From the NCBI GenBank assembly GCA_000934665.2, contig JYFJ02001803.1:1-64000 (forward strand): DNA of 64,000 bases, given 5' to 3'. The notes under the pieces are model-generated. The model saw nothing but the letters and a program-made list of their open reading frames with translations, ran no database searches and had not been told where the DNA came from. Numbering within the stretch: position 1 is the first letter of the stretch; every line of letters begins with the position of its first letter. This document shows positions 1-13,600 of the stretch, one piece after another. The DNA comes from Catajapyx aquilonaris. Its lineage: Eukaryota. A program made the position numbers and the translations under genes.

Positions 1-511
1 GGGCCCATTCACAACGAGATAGGAGAGTAGCCTATGTAATGATATATTGATAAAATGCATAGACGATACAATACAAGAAGACTTGACGACCCTAATGTTC
101 TCAACTCGTCACCCTTACTGTCAGGACCTTCAACCTTCTTTTAGAGGCCAAATATACCTGTCAGGGGACCAGTCGTTACAGCTGACTAGATTAATTTGTT
201 CAATACGAATTGGAACCCCGTACATATACAGTACATTACAACGGATACAAGTTACAATGGTCCAAGGATGATTACGGTTCATTATGCAACGAAGAATTCA
301 ATCTGCACTACCTATTATACAATTGCCCCTTCTTCAAAGTGCAACGTAACATACTAAAACATATTCCACGATTTCCCCCTGACAAACTTGATTTAATAAT
401 AACCAATTTGCATCCTCAAAACCTACACACATTAGCAACTTTCTTTAAGACAATAATTAGCAAACTAAGGTTTTGTGATATAACAGTATGACCCCACCCC
501 CCATAATAAAA
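1..511 (+). mobile_element. Non-LTR retrotransposon 3' remnant
   Basis: Degenerate LTRL..IRIG and C...HYLLYNCPFF..QR knuckle-like motifs, ending in ataataaaa at about 503-511. Confidence 0.5.
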
Positions 512-684
512 CACTGTATCCTGTACTACTGCAAGAATTGAGGTATCACATGTAAGGTAAATACTGTAAGAGTGTAAGTGACAGAGTTTGAAAATGTAAA
601 TATGTAGAGGAGCTCCCCATGTAAAGGCGTGAAGCCTACCAGGGTTAAATAACAAACTAACTAAACTAGTCAGATAAATAAGTA

Positions 685-1848
685 CCGTCAAACGGGGTTA
701 CTTAAGCCGGGTGGGTAACTTAAGCCATTTTGCTGCGTAAATTTCGGACACTGATTTTGGCAGCACTGTTTTGAGATGAAATGTTATTTTTCATGACATA
801 AGTTCTATATTTTAGTGCAGTTTTGGACTGCCTATTTGAATATTGTGTTTGTGTCAAAGGTAACTTTGTAAAATCTTAATTATGTTTAGGATAATTGCAT
901 CATAAATTTATACCCTACGTAACTTTCATCACCAACATCATCTGTTTGAATTTAATTCGCTATAAAGATGATGAAACATAAACCTGCAACAGTCCTTTTA
1001 AGGTAGGCCTAGTTATACTGCATAGCTTAAATTTTCATTTTGGTGTCAATATATACTTAAAAATTAATTGTTGCGTCATGTAGTACGGGGTAACATCTTA
1101 GGGTAACATAGGCCACTTGTTCCAAGCCTGGCAAGAAGTGCGGGGATTAGCTTCTGGGGGTCAGGAGAGTATAGGTGCTAGGGCTGTGCGATATTTCGAT
1201 ACATCGACTGTCGATACGATATTTTCCTAATATCGAAGTTGCGATATCCGACGCTTGGCATGTGCGATGTATCGAATATCGCGATGTCGGTTTGCGATAT
1301 TTTGCGATGTCGGTTTTCGATGTCGGTTTTTCGATTTTCGATATATCGACTTCGATTCGATATTTTTTCGGATATCTCACAGCCCTAGTAGTTGCCTAGT
1401 TGGGAGCATTGTTGATGATGAAATGTATGTTCACATATCAGAAATATTGTTTGTTCTGTACAGCCGGTGAGCATAAAGAGAGGCCGCCATACTTTCCCTT
1501 ATAATATGAACTGAAATTTTTAACAATAAATTTCTGGAGCAATATGCAAATGTTTATTTTCGTCCTGTGAACGGACTTTGTTACCGTGTCATCGTCTAAC
1601 ATAAGCGAAACACTGAATTCTTCCTGCTGGCTTAAGTTACCCCATATCAGGGGGTAACTTAAGCCACCCCTTCTTGTTTTGTTTTTTTTGTTTTTATCAT
1701 ACAGGTTGTAGGAAACTTTCATCCATGTATACGTCGACCGTAACTGTAGACCCATGTTTTACAACAATAAGTTAATCTCTAAAGTCAATGCTCTTGAATT
1801 GGCAGATGTCTGAAATTGAAAAGTGGCTTAAGTAACCCCGCTTGACGG
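685..1848. mobile_element. Tc1/mariner/pogo-type non-autonomous DNA element
   Basis: TIR ccgtcaaacggggttacttaagcc / ggcttaagtaaccccgcttgacgg; TA on both sides; subterminal copies of the TIR motif. Confidence 0.85.
1179..1387. mobile_element. hAT-like MITE nested in the element at 685-1848
   Basis: TIR tagggctgtg / cacagcccta; imperfect 8-bp TSD ataggtgc/gtagttgc; interior built of CGATA/TCGA repeats. Confidence 0.7.
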
Positions 1849-1856
1849 TATATATA

Positions 1857-2207
1857 GGGACCGTCCAGACGGGCCAACCTTAGCCGCGGCTGGCCGCGGC
1901 CCTGGCGATGGCGTCGGCCCCGGCTTGCGGAGCCACGGCTGGCCACGGTACCCGTTCAGACGGGCACATATTTTAATAACAGCCACCCGCATTTGTAATA
2001 GTGGCCGGTAGTCATGGCAGCGACGAAAAAACAAGTGACGCGCAGAATCCGTCGCCGAGGCCAAGCCGTGGCCAAGCAGCGAGCCAACTTCCAGGAAGTC
2101 GGCCAACTTGGCCAACTTCTGAGCCGTGGCCTGGCCGTGGCCGTTGCCGTGTGAACCGTCGCGGCCTCGACCAGCCGCGGCTAAGGTTGGCCCGTCTGGA
2201 CGGCCCC
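1857..2207. mobile_element. PIF/Harbinger-like GC-rich MITE
   Basis: ~45-bp TIR gggaccgtccagacgggccaaccttagccgcggctgg, inserted in a TA run abutting the previous element. Confidence 0.8.
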
Positions 2208-3354
2208 ATATATACAGTATACATGACCATGTCTGTTTCTCCTAAACTAAAGCCAATCAACAAATTTTATTGTCATTTTCGTGTTCAGCACCTCGAAATT
2301 AGTCAAGAATTGCTATTTTCATTTCAAAGGTTTTTCAGCATTGACCATTGTAATTACTAATTAGTGCCCTTCTTTCAGGCGTCCCTTCATGTTTCTTGTG
2401 CCTCTCTGGTACAGGAGCATCAACTTGATTCAGGAGCGTCAGATAAATTTTCACAGAGACTAATCTGACAAAACGTTTGTGTCACGCGGTATTTTTCAGA
2501 CACGTCACACGAGCTATAGAGGGAGCAATAATTGGGTTTGGAACACCTGGCCATATGCTGACAAACCTTTCTTGATTTACATTTAGCCCCTATTACTTTT
2601 GCGTAGCAAATGAAAGCCTGCATCAAGTCTGTGTAAACATTCCCTTGCGTTTCATATAAAAGGGACTTAACTACCGCAGTAACCATCTTTGTTGTGATGC
2701 ATGATACTTTCTAATTACCGTAAATCAACAGTGACGATGCTTAGCTTTGCCACAAACCTAACATGTAATTATACTTGTAGCGTAGGTTCGTGGCTTTGTT
2801 GCATGTTATGGAAGAGCTATAGGCTATCCAGTATACTGTAGGCCTAGATTGGATGGGCATTTTCCCGACTACTACGTTACAGAGTGCAACATAATATCTA
2901 ATATATTTTCTTACAATGTTGAGGCAATAAAAAAGCAAATTGTAAAGCGCAATAATTATGGTACTGTATAACTTGATACTGAAGACGTTGAACACTACCG
3001 CAGAGCATGTTCGAGCCACTATCACAGTAATCACACTATAAAGTGATAATGATCCAGTGACAGGTGTGACGTCAAACTATTTCATGAGGAACAACATAAT
3101 CGTAATATACCCGTGACGGATATTTAAGAAAGTCTGACACTAGCCTTTAATTCCTAATTCAGATTTAAGCAACCTAAACATGAATGGAGCTTTCGTCAGC
3201 AATGGAGATAAACTATGTAGCCTATAGGAAAGGCCCAATGGCCAACACCTGAGTATTATCGACCAGTCATGCCGAGGGGGAACTCCTATGTTATCACTTT
3301 ATCATATCCTAGATGATTGCAACATTTCACTGTGACACATGGCTGTTGTTCGGG

Positions 3355-3419
3355 TCAGTCGACAGTTCAATTCATTGTTTTGCTACTAATTTCACCTGGA
3401 TGCCATTGACCAAGTCCAG
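3355..3419 (+). promoter_or_regulatory. Candidate Inr plus non-coding first exon of the thyroglobulin-repeat gene
   Basis: TCAGTC (arthropod Inr-like) at 3355-3360 and a strong donor CAG|GTAAGG at 3420. Coding exon 1 begins at an acceptor (5278), so an upstream exon is expected. Confidence 0.35.
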
Positions 3420-4490
3420 GTAAGGATCAATGCAAGTGTCACGTAGTACAAACAAAAAATATTTATGTAGGCCTACTAATTAGTGCTCTATAACCTCTTA
3501 TAATACAGTATAGTAGTATCGCGTAAAGTATATTCCTCATGATAAATTACACCATGCTCTGCTGGATGATGATATTCTAAATGCGCTTAATATGTTTGTA
3601 TTTCTAATCATTAACTGCATTTGCTTGGAAATGTGACGTCATTAAGAAGCAACCGTAGGGTATTATTTTGACCTGTCCTCACCTGAATTTTTAGACAAGT
3701 GATGGTTACCTGGTGGAGTAAGTTGTGGACGTGTGTAATAGACAATATCAAGAGCTCTTGACAATATTAAACATTAACTTATGAGAGTAGTGTACATAAT
3801 TATTCCCTCAGGAGGGAGGGACCCATGTGTCAATACACATCAGGTTTCAACACACATATCCAGCGCGAAACAATTTTCGCAATGTAATTTCTGTAATTAT
3901 TTCTGAGCTTCGTGGACGTTTTTAATAATAAAAGTTTTGTATGGGGAAAAGCCTACTTAACTTACACGTTAGATGTAATACGGTAGTGTACCGAAGATCG
4001 AGATTGACGGTTGAGAATCAGGTCATATAATATTTTTTCGCAGTTTTATGAATAAACGAGGAAAACCAAATATTATTCACATATTCCTAACAAAGGAATA
4101 AATTATGGCCAAAAAATAAATCCATGTCACTTACCGGGCATCCTAGGTACCGGTACTGTACCTGGTGTCCAACAAGAATTGTCGCAAGCGGCAGCGCACG
4201 AACTACAGTCTCTCGTATACCTGTGCTCGTAGATTGTAGTTCGTGCGCTGCCGCTGCGACAATTCTTGTTGGACTGATAGTACAACGTCATTGAAATTTT
4301 GGGGTCGCCACGCTCAACTAAACCTGCTATGCAGTCGTCATCCACTTTTCACAATTGGGAAATGCATCTGCTGACCATTTCATTTTACTCTCCTCATTTA
4401 ATTTTACTGTTAAAAGTGCCTTACACAGTCAAATGAATCAACATCATCATGATTTTCTAATACTGTACATTTCCTAACAACGCCTACCAC

Positions 4491-4620
4491 TATAGATCGG
4501 TCGCTATACGAACGCGGCAACCGAGTGGCCAATTTTATTACATGAAGTAATACAGTTTGTAATAAAATTCCTGTAATAAAATTGGCCACTCGGTTGCGTT
4601 CGTATAGCGACCGATCTATA
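4491..4620. mobile_element. Palindromic MITE
   Basis: ~50-bp TIR tatagatcggtcgctatacgaacgc...ggccaattttattaca. Confidence 0.75.
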
Positions 4621-4659
4621 ATACAACTCATAACGAGTTAGCAAACATATAATTATCAA

Positions 4660-4771
4660 GGGGGGAATTTTCGTCTCACTGATAGTTACTGCTAACTTAG
4701 CAGTACCATGCAGTGTTGGCAATGATACTACCAAGTTAGCAGTAACTATCAGTGGGACGAAAATTCCACCC
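4660..4771. mobile_element. Small MITE (related copy at ~57535-57651)
   Basis: TIR gg(g/t)ggaattttcgtc.cactgatagttactgctaactt; CAA flanks. Confidence 0.7.
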
Positions 4772-5297
4772 CAAGTCGCATTAACTTTACGTGTTCTGGA
4801 GTTTGCTATACATCACATCGCTTCAAATATAAAATACCCTTTTCCCCCGCTAATCATTTCCTGGAACTACTGTGCATTGTAAGATTATTTTATTATGTCA
4901 ATGTACAGTACTGTACTGTACTTGTCTGGGCAGAGGGATTTATATTGGCCCTGCTACTGATTTAACTGTTTGAAAGTAAATATAATACTCTTTAATAAAA
5001 TGCAAATGATCAAGAAATTTCGATTACTAATGGAACAATTCAATTAAAATCGCTTATTATAATTATGGTGCACAGATATTAGTTACCTTACTGTAAAATG
5101 TAAGGCAGAACTTATGACGCAAACATATAGTCTAGCTGTAAAAATTTTGTATAGTATAACTACTTAATATTAATATATCACTTTTCTTCTTATCGGGCTG
5201 GTTTTCAATTGAGTTCGGCATCTGATTGTGAGATCATTCAATGACTGCATGACTCCATGATTGTTTTGTATCCACAGGGAGAAAGATCAGAGACACA

Positions 5298-5511
5298 ATG
5301 AAAACAGTGTTGCTGCTGACAGCCTTCGTTTGGTGGCAAGTCTATTCAGTTGACATCAGTGAAGTTGACGTCAGTTGCAGCAAGGATTACTGCAAGCAAA
5401 ACTACATCGATCTAAAAAAATGTGACGACTACGATCAAAGCTGCGACACTGGAAAGCTCTATCCTTCTCCCACGCCTTGCACCTGTTGCCAACAGTGTAT
5501 TAGTTATCACA
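5298..5511 (+). CDS. Thyroglobulin-repeat gene coding exon 1 (signal peptide, CxCCxxC module)
   Basis: Acceptor tccacag ending at 5277, ATG at 5298, donor a|gtaaga at 5512. Confidence 0.88.
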
Positions 5512-8500
5512 GTAAGATGCGACGTTGTAATAAAAATAATCAGCTTGGGTTATACTGCTTCTAGTGCTGGCTCCTCAAAAATGTTTAAATGTTTTTTATA
5601 ACTTTTCAGAGAAAGGAGACGTATGCGACACCTATGAAATAGGATTAGTACCAAACAAAATATGCGGTCCCGGTTTGCAGTGTATTACAGACTCACCAGG
5701 AAAACAGACTGGCACATGTCAACGCAGTAAGTTCTCAACAATAATCATGGTTGCGCTTCATATTAACAAATTGCTGTACTATCATGCTCAAATTGTTTTG
5801 GCCACTTTATCCTAGTCTTGAAGCAACCCTTCGCACAGGCTCCAAGGTGCGGAGGTGTGTGTGTGTGTGAGGGGTTGCTTCCTCCACTTTATCCTGGTCT
5901 ATATACATACATACATACATACATATATACTTATACATGTAAACATTGCTGAAGAAAGAGAGAAGGAATAATTTTTTATCACTTCATATTATTACAGCTG
6001 CTCTTTTTAAATTTATTCCAGTCCGCACTCCATGCACTGATAAACAATACCAGTACGACGAAGCTCGTGCAGATGGAACATTGGGAGTCCTGGATGTTAG
6101 ACCCGAATGTGACACGGATGGCTCATACAATTCTTACTTCTGTCTGCCACAATCCATGTAAGCAGCAGTGGCAACATAATAGTAATGATGTTCAGCTTTA
6201 AGCATTAATTATTTGGAAAAACAAGTATGTGATTAAAAAACACTTATTTATCCTTCATTACATTTAATGAGGAAGCTATGGGGAACGTGAATATCAAATG
6301 TTAAGTTAGTGACATACACGTACGCGTATAGGCTGAGGAGTGTGATTACTATTATGAGTATGAACATGCATATAATTTTTTCCCTTATACCCCATTAGAG
6401 GGAACTCTGCCTTTTTAGGGGGGGGGGGGGTGGAACACCACCATATTTTCCATTTTTCTAGTTAATTTTTTCTTCTAACTCCGTGCAGGGAAGAAATGAC
6501 ATGGGGTAAGGATGGGGAGGAGACATGGGTGCGGCTAGTGCAATGTCGGAATACTGGGTTATGTACAGTGCCGCATTAACCCANCCCCCCCCCCCCCCCC
6601 CGCGCGCGAATAACACGCTCTCCTTTCATACCATTTATTACCAATGTTAGAAATGAATAAATTAATGGAGTAACAAAGAAAATAATATCTCATCAAACAA
6701 CCTTTAATTAGCATTAACCAAAGCAATACTTATTCCGGGACTGTACTGTGAAGGTTAACATAGGCCCTATAGGCCTACATAATATTATGTACACGGCAAC
6801 TGAAACATTTTTCTCAGTAATCTTTCAACAAACTGATCCAGAACATTGTTAAAATTTAATTTCCGGAGGACAGCTGATTTTAAGTGCATTATTTCCAAAT
6901 GGTTGAGCTTTTCATCTTTCAGAGCGATACGCAGATAATTCTTAATACGTTTCAGAGCAGTTTGTGACGAGATGTGACAAGTACATGCGTAATCACCCCC
7001 CGGAGATGGAGCCAAATACCCAAACTTTTAGTGTTTTACAAAGAGAGGGCCCGCCGCAGGCGAAATTTTTTTTGGGGTTCAAGTAACACTTTAAAAAAAG
7101 TTGCACACTTGCATGGGTGATGGGCCCCTGCTTTTGGTGGGCCCCTAGGCTTCAGCCTATATAGCCTTGTGGATAATGCGGCCCTGGTTATGTACTCGTA
7201 CAGTCTCCCTGGAAGTTAGGTTGCCAGACGCCTCCGAGGCGCGAGTCAGAGACCCTCCTGACGCAGGCGAAAGGGAGCTCCCAGGCGGGGATCGAACCCG
7301 GGATCTTCCACTCAGAAAGTAGAGTTGTTACCAACTCTGCCACCACGCCTCACTAACATGCATATCATTTATTTCAGCTAATACTAAATTACGATTTTAT
7401 GCTTACAGTTGCTACTGTGTCACAAAGGAAGGAAATCGCATTTTTGGAGATGTGTCTTCCGATGATTATGTTGAAGGCATGGATTGCAGTAAGTTGAGAA
7501 ATATTGCTATGATAAAAATGCTTTGTGAATTTTTGAGACAATCTTCCGGATCAAAAGTATTTCCCCCCGCTTTTTTAAATTTTATTCGGATAAAATTTTT
7601 ATAAGTAAGTTAATTTTAAACCTTTCACGTCTAAACTGCAACACAACTTGATTACTAACCGACAATCCGTAAGCATTTTGTGCATGAATTAGGAATAGGT
7701 GATGGACAGAGAAAGGGGCTGGTTTTAAAGCCACACTGACAAGTGAGAATATTAATGAAATTATGGATCCATGTATGGTGTAGTGTAGCAGGGGCCTGGG
7801 ATTACAAGGGAGGTGTTTCTGAGTGAGTTAATGCCATATGCAGGATCGAGAGGATGAAGCAGGGGATTTGCTTAAACTCCGGGTAAGGTCTATATGGTCA
7901 GGTGACAATCATATACGATTTCTTATTCTGCTGCAGAAGTTGTGTAAGTGGAAATACAAGCAATTCAAGGAAATCTCTGCGGAACCCAGGCACTTGTATA
8001 CTTCGGATCAATAATAATCAAAATTAAATTCCGAGTAGTCCATGTTGTACACAGAACGCTTATATCAACAGGTTAAAACACAACTTCACTCACAGTCAGA
8101 ATTATGATGCCTACTCTAAAGTGCGGCTCATTGTCGTTCATCATGTATACTCATAGGGGTAATTAAATGCCGTAATATTATGCATTTATGTTCGCGATTA
8201 TATCTGGTGCTCATGATTGAACACGAGTATTTTGGTTAGCGAATCGTGTCCAGTAACCAGTATCGATTCAATTAATACACGTTTTAAACGCTGCTGATTC
8301 CACACTGAAGCAAAAACAAAAGAGGCTCCTGCAATATACACTGTCAGATTGTAAATTCAAACAAATAATATTCTCTAGAGTAGAGTTTGCTTGCTATGTA
8401 AACCTATTTTACGAGCACTTTACGTTAGGAATGAGAAAGCAAACTTGGCTTTTGAGAGCCAAATCCAATGCTACCAATTGCATTTCGTAGCTTGCTCCAG

Positions 8501-10503
8501 AGATTGGCAGAGTTTCAGTAAATTAGGCCTGGAAGGGAAACCGCCTCGTTGCCTTGCAAATGGAAATTACGACAAACTCCAGTGCTCTGAAGAAGATAAT
8601 TGCATATGTACTGACGACCCAGAAGGAAAGATAGTGTCCTACGATCAAGTCTCCACGCTTCCTTGTTGTAAGTATTGCACGTCATTTCATGCTTTCAACA
8701 TAATATAAACAATGATTTCAATATAATAAGTATGATAGATTTTAGACTGTGTGCGATGGTGTACTTGTTGGTAAGAGGGAAAATAGTACGGGCTACATAT
8801 AATTATATAGAAAGACGTGGCTGAGAAGGTGTCGTAAGTATACTGCAATGTTCCCAGTGTTTTGGCAACTCTCTTTATCTGGGAAGAGATTTCCATACCA
8901 CCTTCACTTCCCTCTTCAAGAAGGGGCCCATGAGGGGGCCCAGGTGGGATAGTGAGTGGTAAAGTCAGTTGGTTTTTGGTTGCTTCGGCATATATGATTT
9001 TCCAGTTTGTCATTTTAGACTTTTTCGAAAGAAAAAAAAGTCTTATAGAACGGCTGTCTGTCTGGCTCTCTGTGGACAGGTAGGCTATCAGCCCCCTACC
9101 CCTGACCGCCCATTCTCCCCAGACAGACAGACAGAGCCGTGCTATAATACTTTTTTCGATTTTCGGGTTCCGGGTTCACTCGATCCGCCCCTTCCCCCTG
9201 GCTGCCCCCTAACCCCACCGACCTTTCCCCCACCACCCCCTACCCTACCCCATTTCTTGTCCTACCCCCAGTGTCCAGACTTTAGGGTCACCATGAATGT
9301 GTATGTCTGTCTGTCTGTCTGTGGACAGGTATCAGACAGACAGACAAACAGACAGACAAACTTCCCCTGGTTCCCCCCTTCCCCCACCACCCCCTTCCCC
9401 TCCCTTCTTGGTTTTATATTGCAGAAATGCGTTGGAGACAGGCAAAATCTTGATGCGCAGTATGATATTAATAACATTATTATATTCGTGCCACAGCAGC
9501 ACCATCAACAACAGAATGCACTGTAAAATGATTCTGAAAAGTGCGGGACCCACTCTTTTGCAACATATTCCTCGGTGTCAATATCCTTTTATTTATTATA
9601 AAATAACATGACTTTTGCGGATCATAAAGTCTACTTTGAATGCAGTGTACTGGCCTATTCTATGATACGGTACTTTAAATATATACATGCATACACTTTG
9701 AAAATATGGCTAAATCATAATGAGCAGGTTCACCCAAGGAAAATAATTATAAGTAGTAAAGTGGTTGTGGAAATGACAAAAGTGTAGCTGTACGTTCCTG
9801 GTGAGAGTAATAGCCTATAGACTACTGTAGGCATATTATAGTCGAAATTAAGATGAACATCCCTGCACATGAAAGTAAGACACAACTTCTGACACACCTT
9901 GTAACTATTTTCATAAGGATATTGTCATCAGAATCAGGTGGAAAAACAAGCTGCAGAGAGAATAATATTTCAAAAATGTGTCATTATTTTCCTCTGCCAC
10001 AGCCGAACCCTTTCCGCTGCTCCATTTTAGGCCGTTTGCCACTGTAAAAGCTATGCAGCAGAACTTCCTTTAAAGAAGATTTAATCGGCTTTAAGGTGAT
10101 ATATTACCCAGCAACATTTGCACGCGAGTGAGCTTCGTGCAATCGTTTCTCAGACCTATTTTTCCTCTCGGCTAATGACTACAGTGACATACAAGACATC
10201 CTTTTTCCATTTTATTTCAAAGGGGAGATTTGTGCAAGAATCCTTCAATAACATCTGGCTTTCCTTGTGTAGATATATTAAGACAAAATGTGGTTAAAAG
10301 CAATGTAATATTATTTTGTAATCTGCCGAACTTCAACTACTTCTCCAGGGCCTGCAAACTAATCACAATAATAGCCAAATAAATTATTCCGGTGTTTAGA
10401 GTTGCTTGTGGGAAGAGTCATAATCATACATTTCAAATAAACTTTGAATCGATTCGGGCAATATTATACTAGATTATAATTGAGATATTTTACATGATAA
10501 GAA

Positions 10504-10571
<68 letters not shown>

Positions 10572-10577
10572 ATATTA

Positions 10578-10657
<80 letters not shown>

Positions 10658-13600
10658 TACCCCGTGATAGGCCTCCTTGGGCCTCTTAGGGGATCATTTT
10701 TTAAATACCCGACTTTAATCATTGCCTGTGCTGTGATGGAGTTTAATCGTGGAAGGAAACGGGAGAACCCCGAGAAAACCCACGCGAACACGGAGAGAAC
10801 CCATTGAAACTCTATCTGCATAAGTATCATCTGCCGACCCGGGGATCGAACTCTGGACCTTAGAGGTGGAAGGCTGCGGCGCTAACCACTCGGTCACCGT
10901 GACGCCCTTATATAATTAATAAATAAATTACCTAACAATGTTTGTGCTACCCCGTGATAGGGCCTTGGTCCCTTTCAGGGGGGAGGTTCCCAAGGGAAGA
11001 CGCTCTTAAATAGTTTTTCGTCATTTCTGACCCTCTTAAATACCAGACCTTTTCTCTTGGCCCTGGGCAGAGAAGGGAGTGCAATATATTTTGCTCGGAC
11101 ATGTCGGGTGAAAAGCGGAAAAAGACCCGACCAAGCGAAGGTGACGGGGCCGGTATTTGAACCACGGACCTCCCGCTTGGCTGGCCAGTAGCATAGCCAC
11201 TAGACCACCATGTCCCCCTCCCCCTCCCCCAATTACCTAACAATAGGGGAGACGGAGTGGCGCTGCGGTAACGCGCCCACGGATGTTAAGGTCCCGGGTT
11301 CGAACCCAACCCGGGGATACCCCCCTTCATCTCGTGCAGAGTTCTCGGGACGTCTCTGGCTTCGTTTCGGGTGGTATTTCTAACAGACTACAGCCTACAC
11401 CAGGGCTATTCAACTGGCGGACCGCGGTCCGGATCCGGACCGCGACGCAATTTTGTCCGGACCGCGACGATATACAGGACAGTTTGAAATAGCATTAGAA
11501 GTTACTAATTCATGCTTTTTTGGGAAAAAGTGCTTCAAATCTCTTTCAACCCCCACAAAAAATTTCGCATGCGGCGGGCTGGCTCCCTGCCCTTTACGGC
11601 TTGTTCCCCTTGTGCTTATGAAATCGGCACCCCTCCGAAAAAAATTATGTACAGGACTTCATAAAGGGCGAAAATGTCTTAATAGGCCCCTCTACCCTTG
11701 TTGGACATGTTTCTATTTTCAAAAATGAACCCTGTGGTACCATATAAAATCCATATCATTACCCCCCCCCCCGGGGGGGGGGTCCGGACATTCAATGGCC
11801 CAGGAAAGGTAAATACCTTGTCATAAACTAGTTGAATACCCCTGGTCTATACAGCAGAAATAAATATTCTATACTTTCACAATCAATGCCGCAGACGCGC
11901 CGAATCTTCCTAAGCTACAAGTAGGCAGTAAACTCCCGTGATCGTCATTGATCTTGAATTAATCTTCCAAAATTTAAAATTTTTAAAAAATATATAAAAT
12001 ATCATATTAACCAAACTAATCACTGATTAGTGTGTCTGTGTCATAGACATACAAATCAGTGTTCAGTTTGATAATCAAACTGATCACTGACTAGTTTGGT
12101 TAATATGATATTTTTTTAAATTTAATTTCCTCTATTATGATATAATGACAATCACCCCTGTTTACTTCTTGCTTGTGGACTCGCAAGATTCTACGCGTCT
12201 ACGGTAGTAAGTTATAGTTCTCTCTACTGTACAATGCGTTCCAACAGCATTGTGTAGTCCAGGGATATTCAACTGGCGGACCGCGACGCAATTTTGTCCG
12301 GACCGCGACAATATACGGGACAGTTTGAAATAGCATGATAAATTACTAATTCATGATTTTTTTGTGGAAAAAGTGCTACCAATTTCATCAAATACACACC
12401 TATTCAAATCTCCCACATCTCACCTAAGCTCGTATGACCTTGAACCCCCCAAAAATTTCCCTTTACGGCTTGTTCACCTTGTGCTTACGAAATGGGCCCC
12501 CCTCCGAAATTCTTCTGCCTACGCCCCTGTACAGGACATCATAAAGGGCGAGTCTTGATATCCCCTGTCTTGATAGGCCCTTCTATCCTTGCTGCACATG
12601 TTTCTATTTTCGAATATGAACCCTGTGGTACCATATAAAATCTATATATTTTTATCCGGGGGGGGGGGGNGGGGGGGGGGGGAGGTTCCGGACCTTCAAT
12701 GGCCCAGGAAAGGTAAATACTGGAACTTGTCAGAAACTAGTTGAATACCCCTGGTCTACACAGTCTACTACCAGTATAATGAGATTGTAGTTTAAGTTTA
12801 ATTTACGTATAGCACGGAGGCAATCTTATATGTGCCATGAAATTGACCTTATTGTCAAAGCCCATTTTCTCAGCAATTTTCTCAGGCAGACACCAAAATC
12901 AGGACACCTCTACATAAAGGGAGATATTCCGGTGCCAATGAGTTCACCCAAGAACGTTGTCCAAAGTAATAAGGAACACTATAATATTCTTAGGGCAAAC
13001 TGGCGGTCAAGTCAGTTTCCTGCTGTTATAGAGCAGGCGGCACAGTCCCCAAGAAAAATGATTGAATAGATGGAATCTCATACTCTGTGGATATCAATAT
13101 TTTCAACTACTCTTACGTCTCTAAATCATTCGATTTTGATTGTTCTGCATTACAGTCATATCTTCCCATTTTATCGAATGGACAGTTTTTTTTTTCTTTC
13201 TCCCATTTGTGTTTCATGTGATGGCCGGTTTTCCTTGCCATCGTTTCGCGAATGTCGTGAGCGTAAGGAATAAGTACTGTGAATGTAGTGAGAAAGAAGC
13301 CTAGTTTTTAAAGTACAAAGTAGCATGTGTTGAGCATATTTTATCTTCGCAGACGATTCTAAAATACATAACTACATGTTCTACACAAAATGTGAACTTG
13401 AAAGAAACCAATCGCTGGTGAACATGAAAGAAGCCGAAGCGGAGAATGTGATCTTATTGGGCATGGACATTCCGACCTGCGACCTGGACGGATCCTATTA
13501 CCGGGTGCAGTACCAAGGGGACAAGTAAGTAGGATGTTGTCCTTTACATGCGCCAAACGGCCAAACACAAGCAACCTGAAGGTCACCGTCAAAATATCAG

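Noticed and set aside
2420..2686. Cys-rich 88-aa minus-strand ORF
   Set aside because: No recognisable domain, signal peptide or splice partners.
8969..9611. Proline-rich ORFs
   Set aside because: C-rich low-complexity repeat inside an intron; no splice-compatible role.
10474..10830. ORF with poly-Ser/poly-Val; likewise the poly-Leu ORF at 38470-38667
   Set aside because: Translations of microsatellite SINE tails, not genes.
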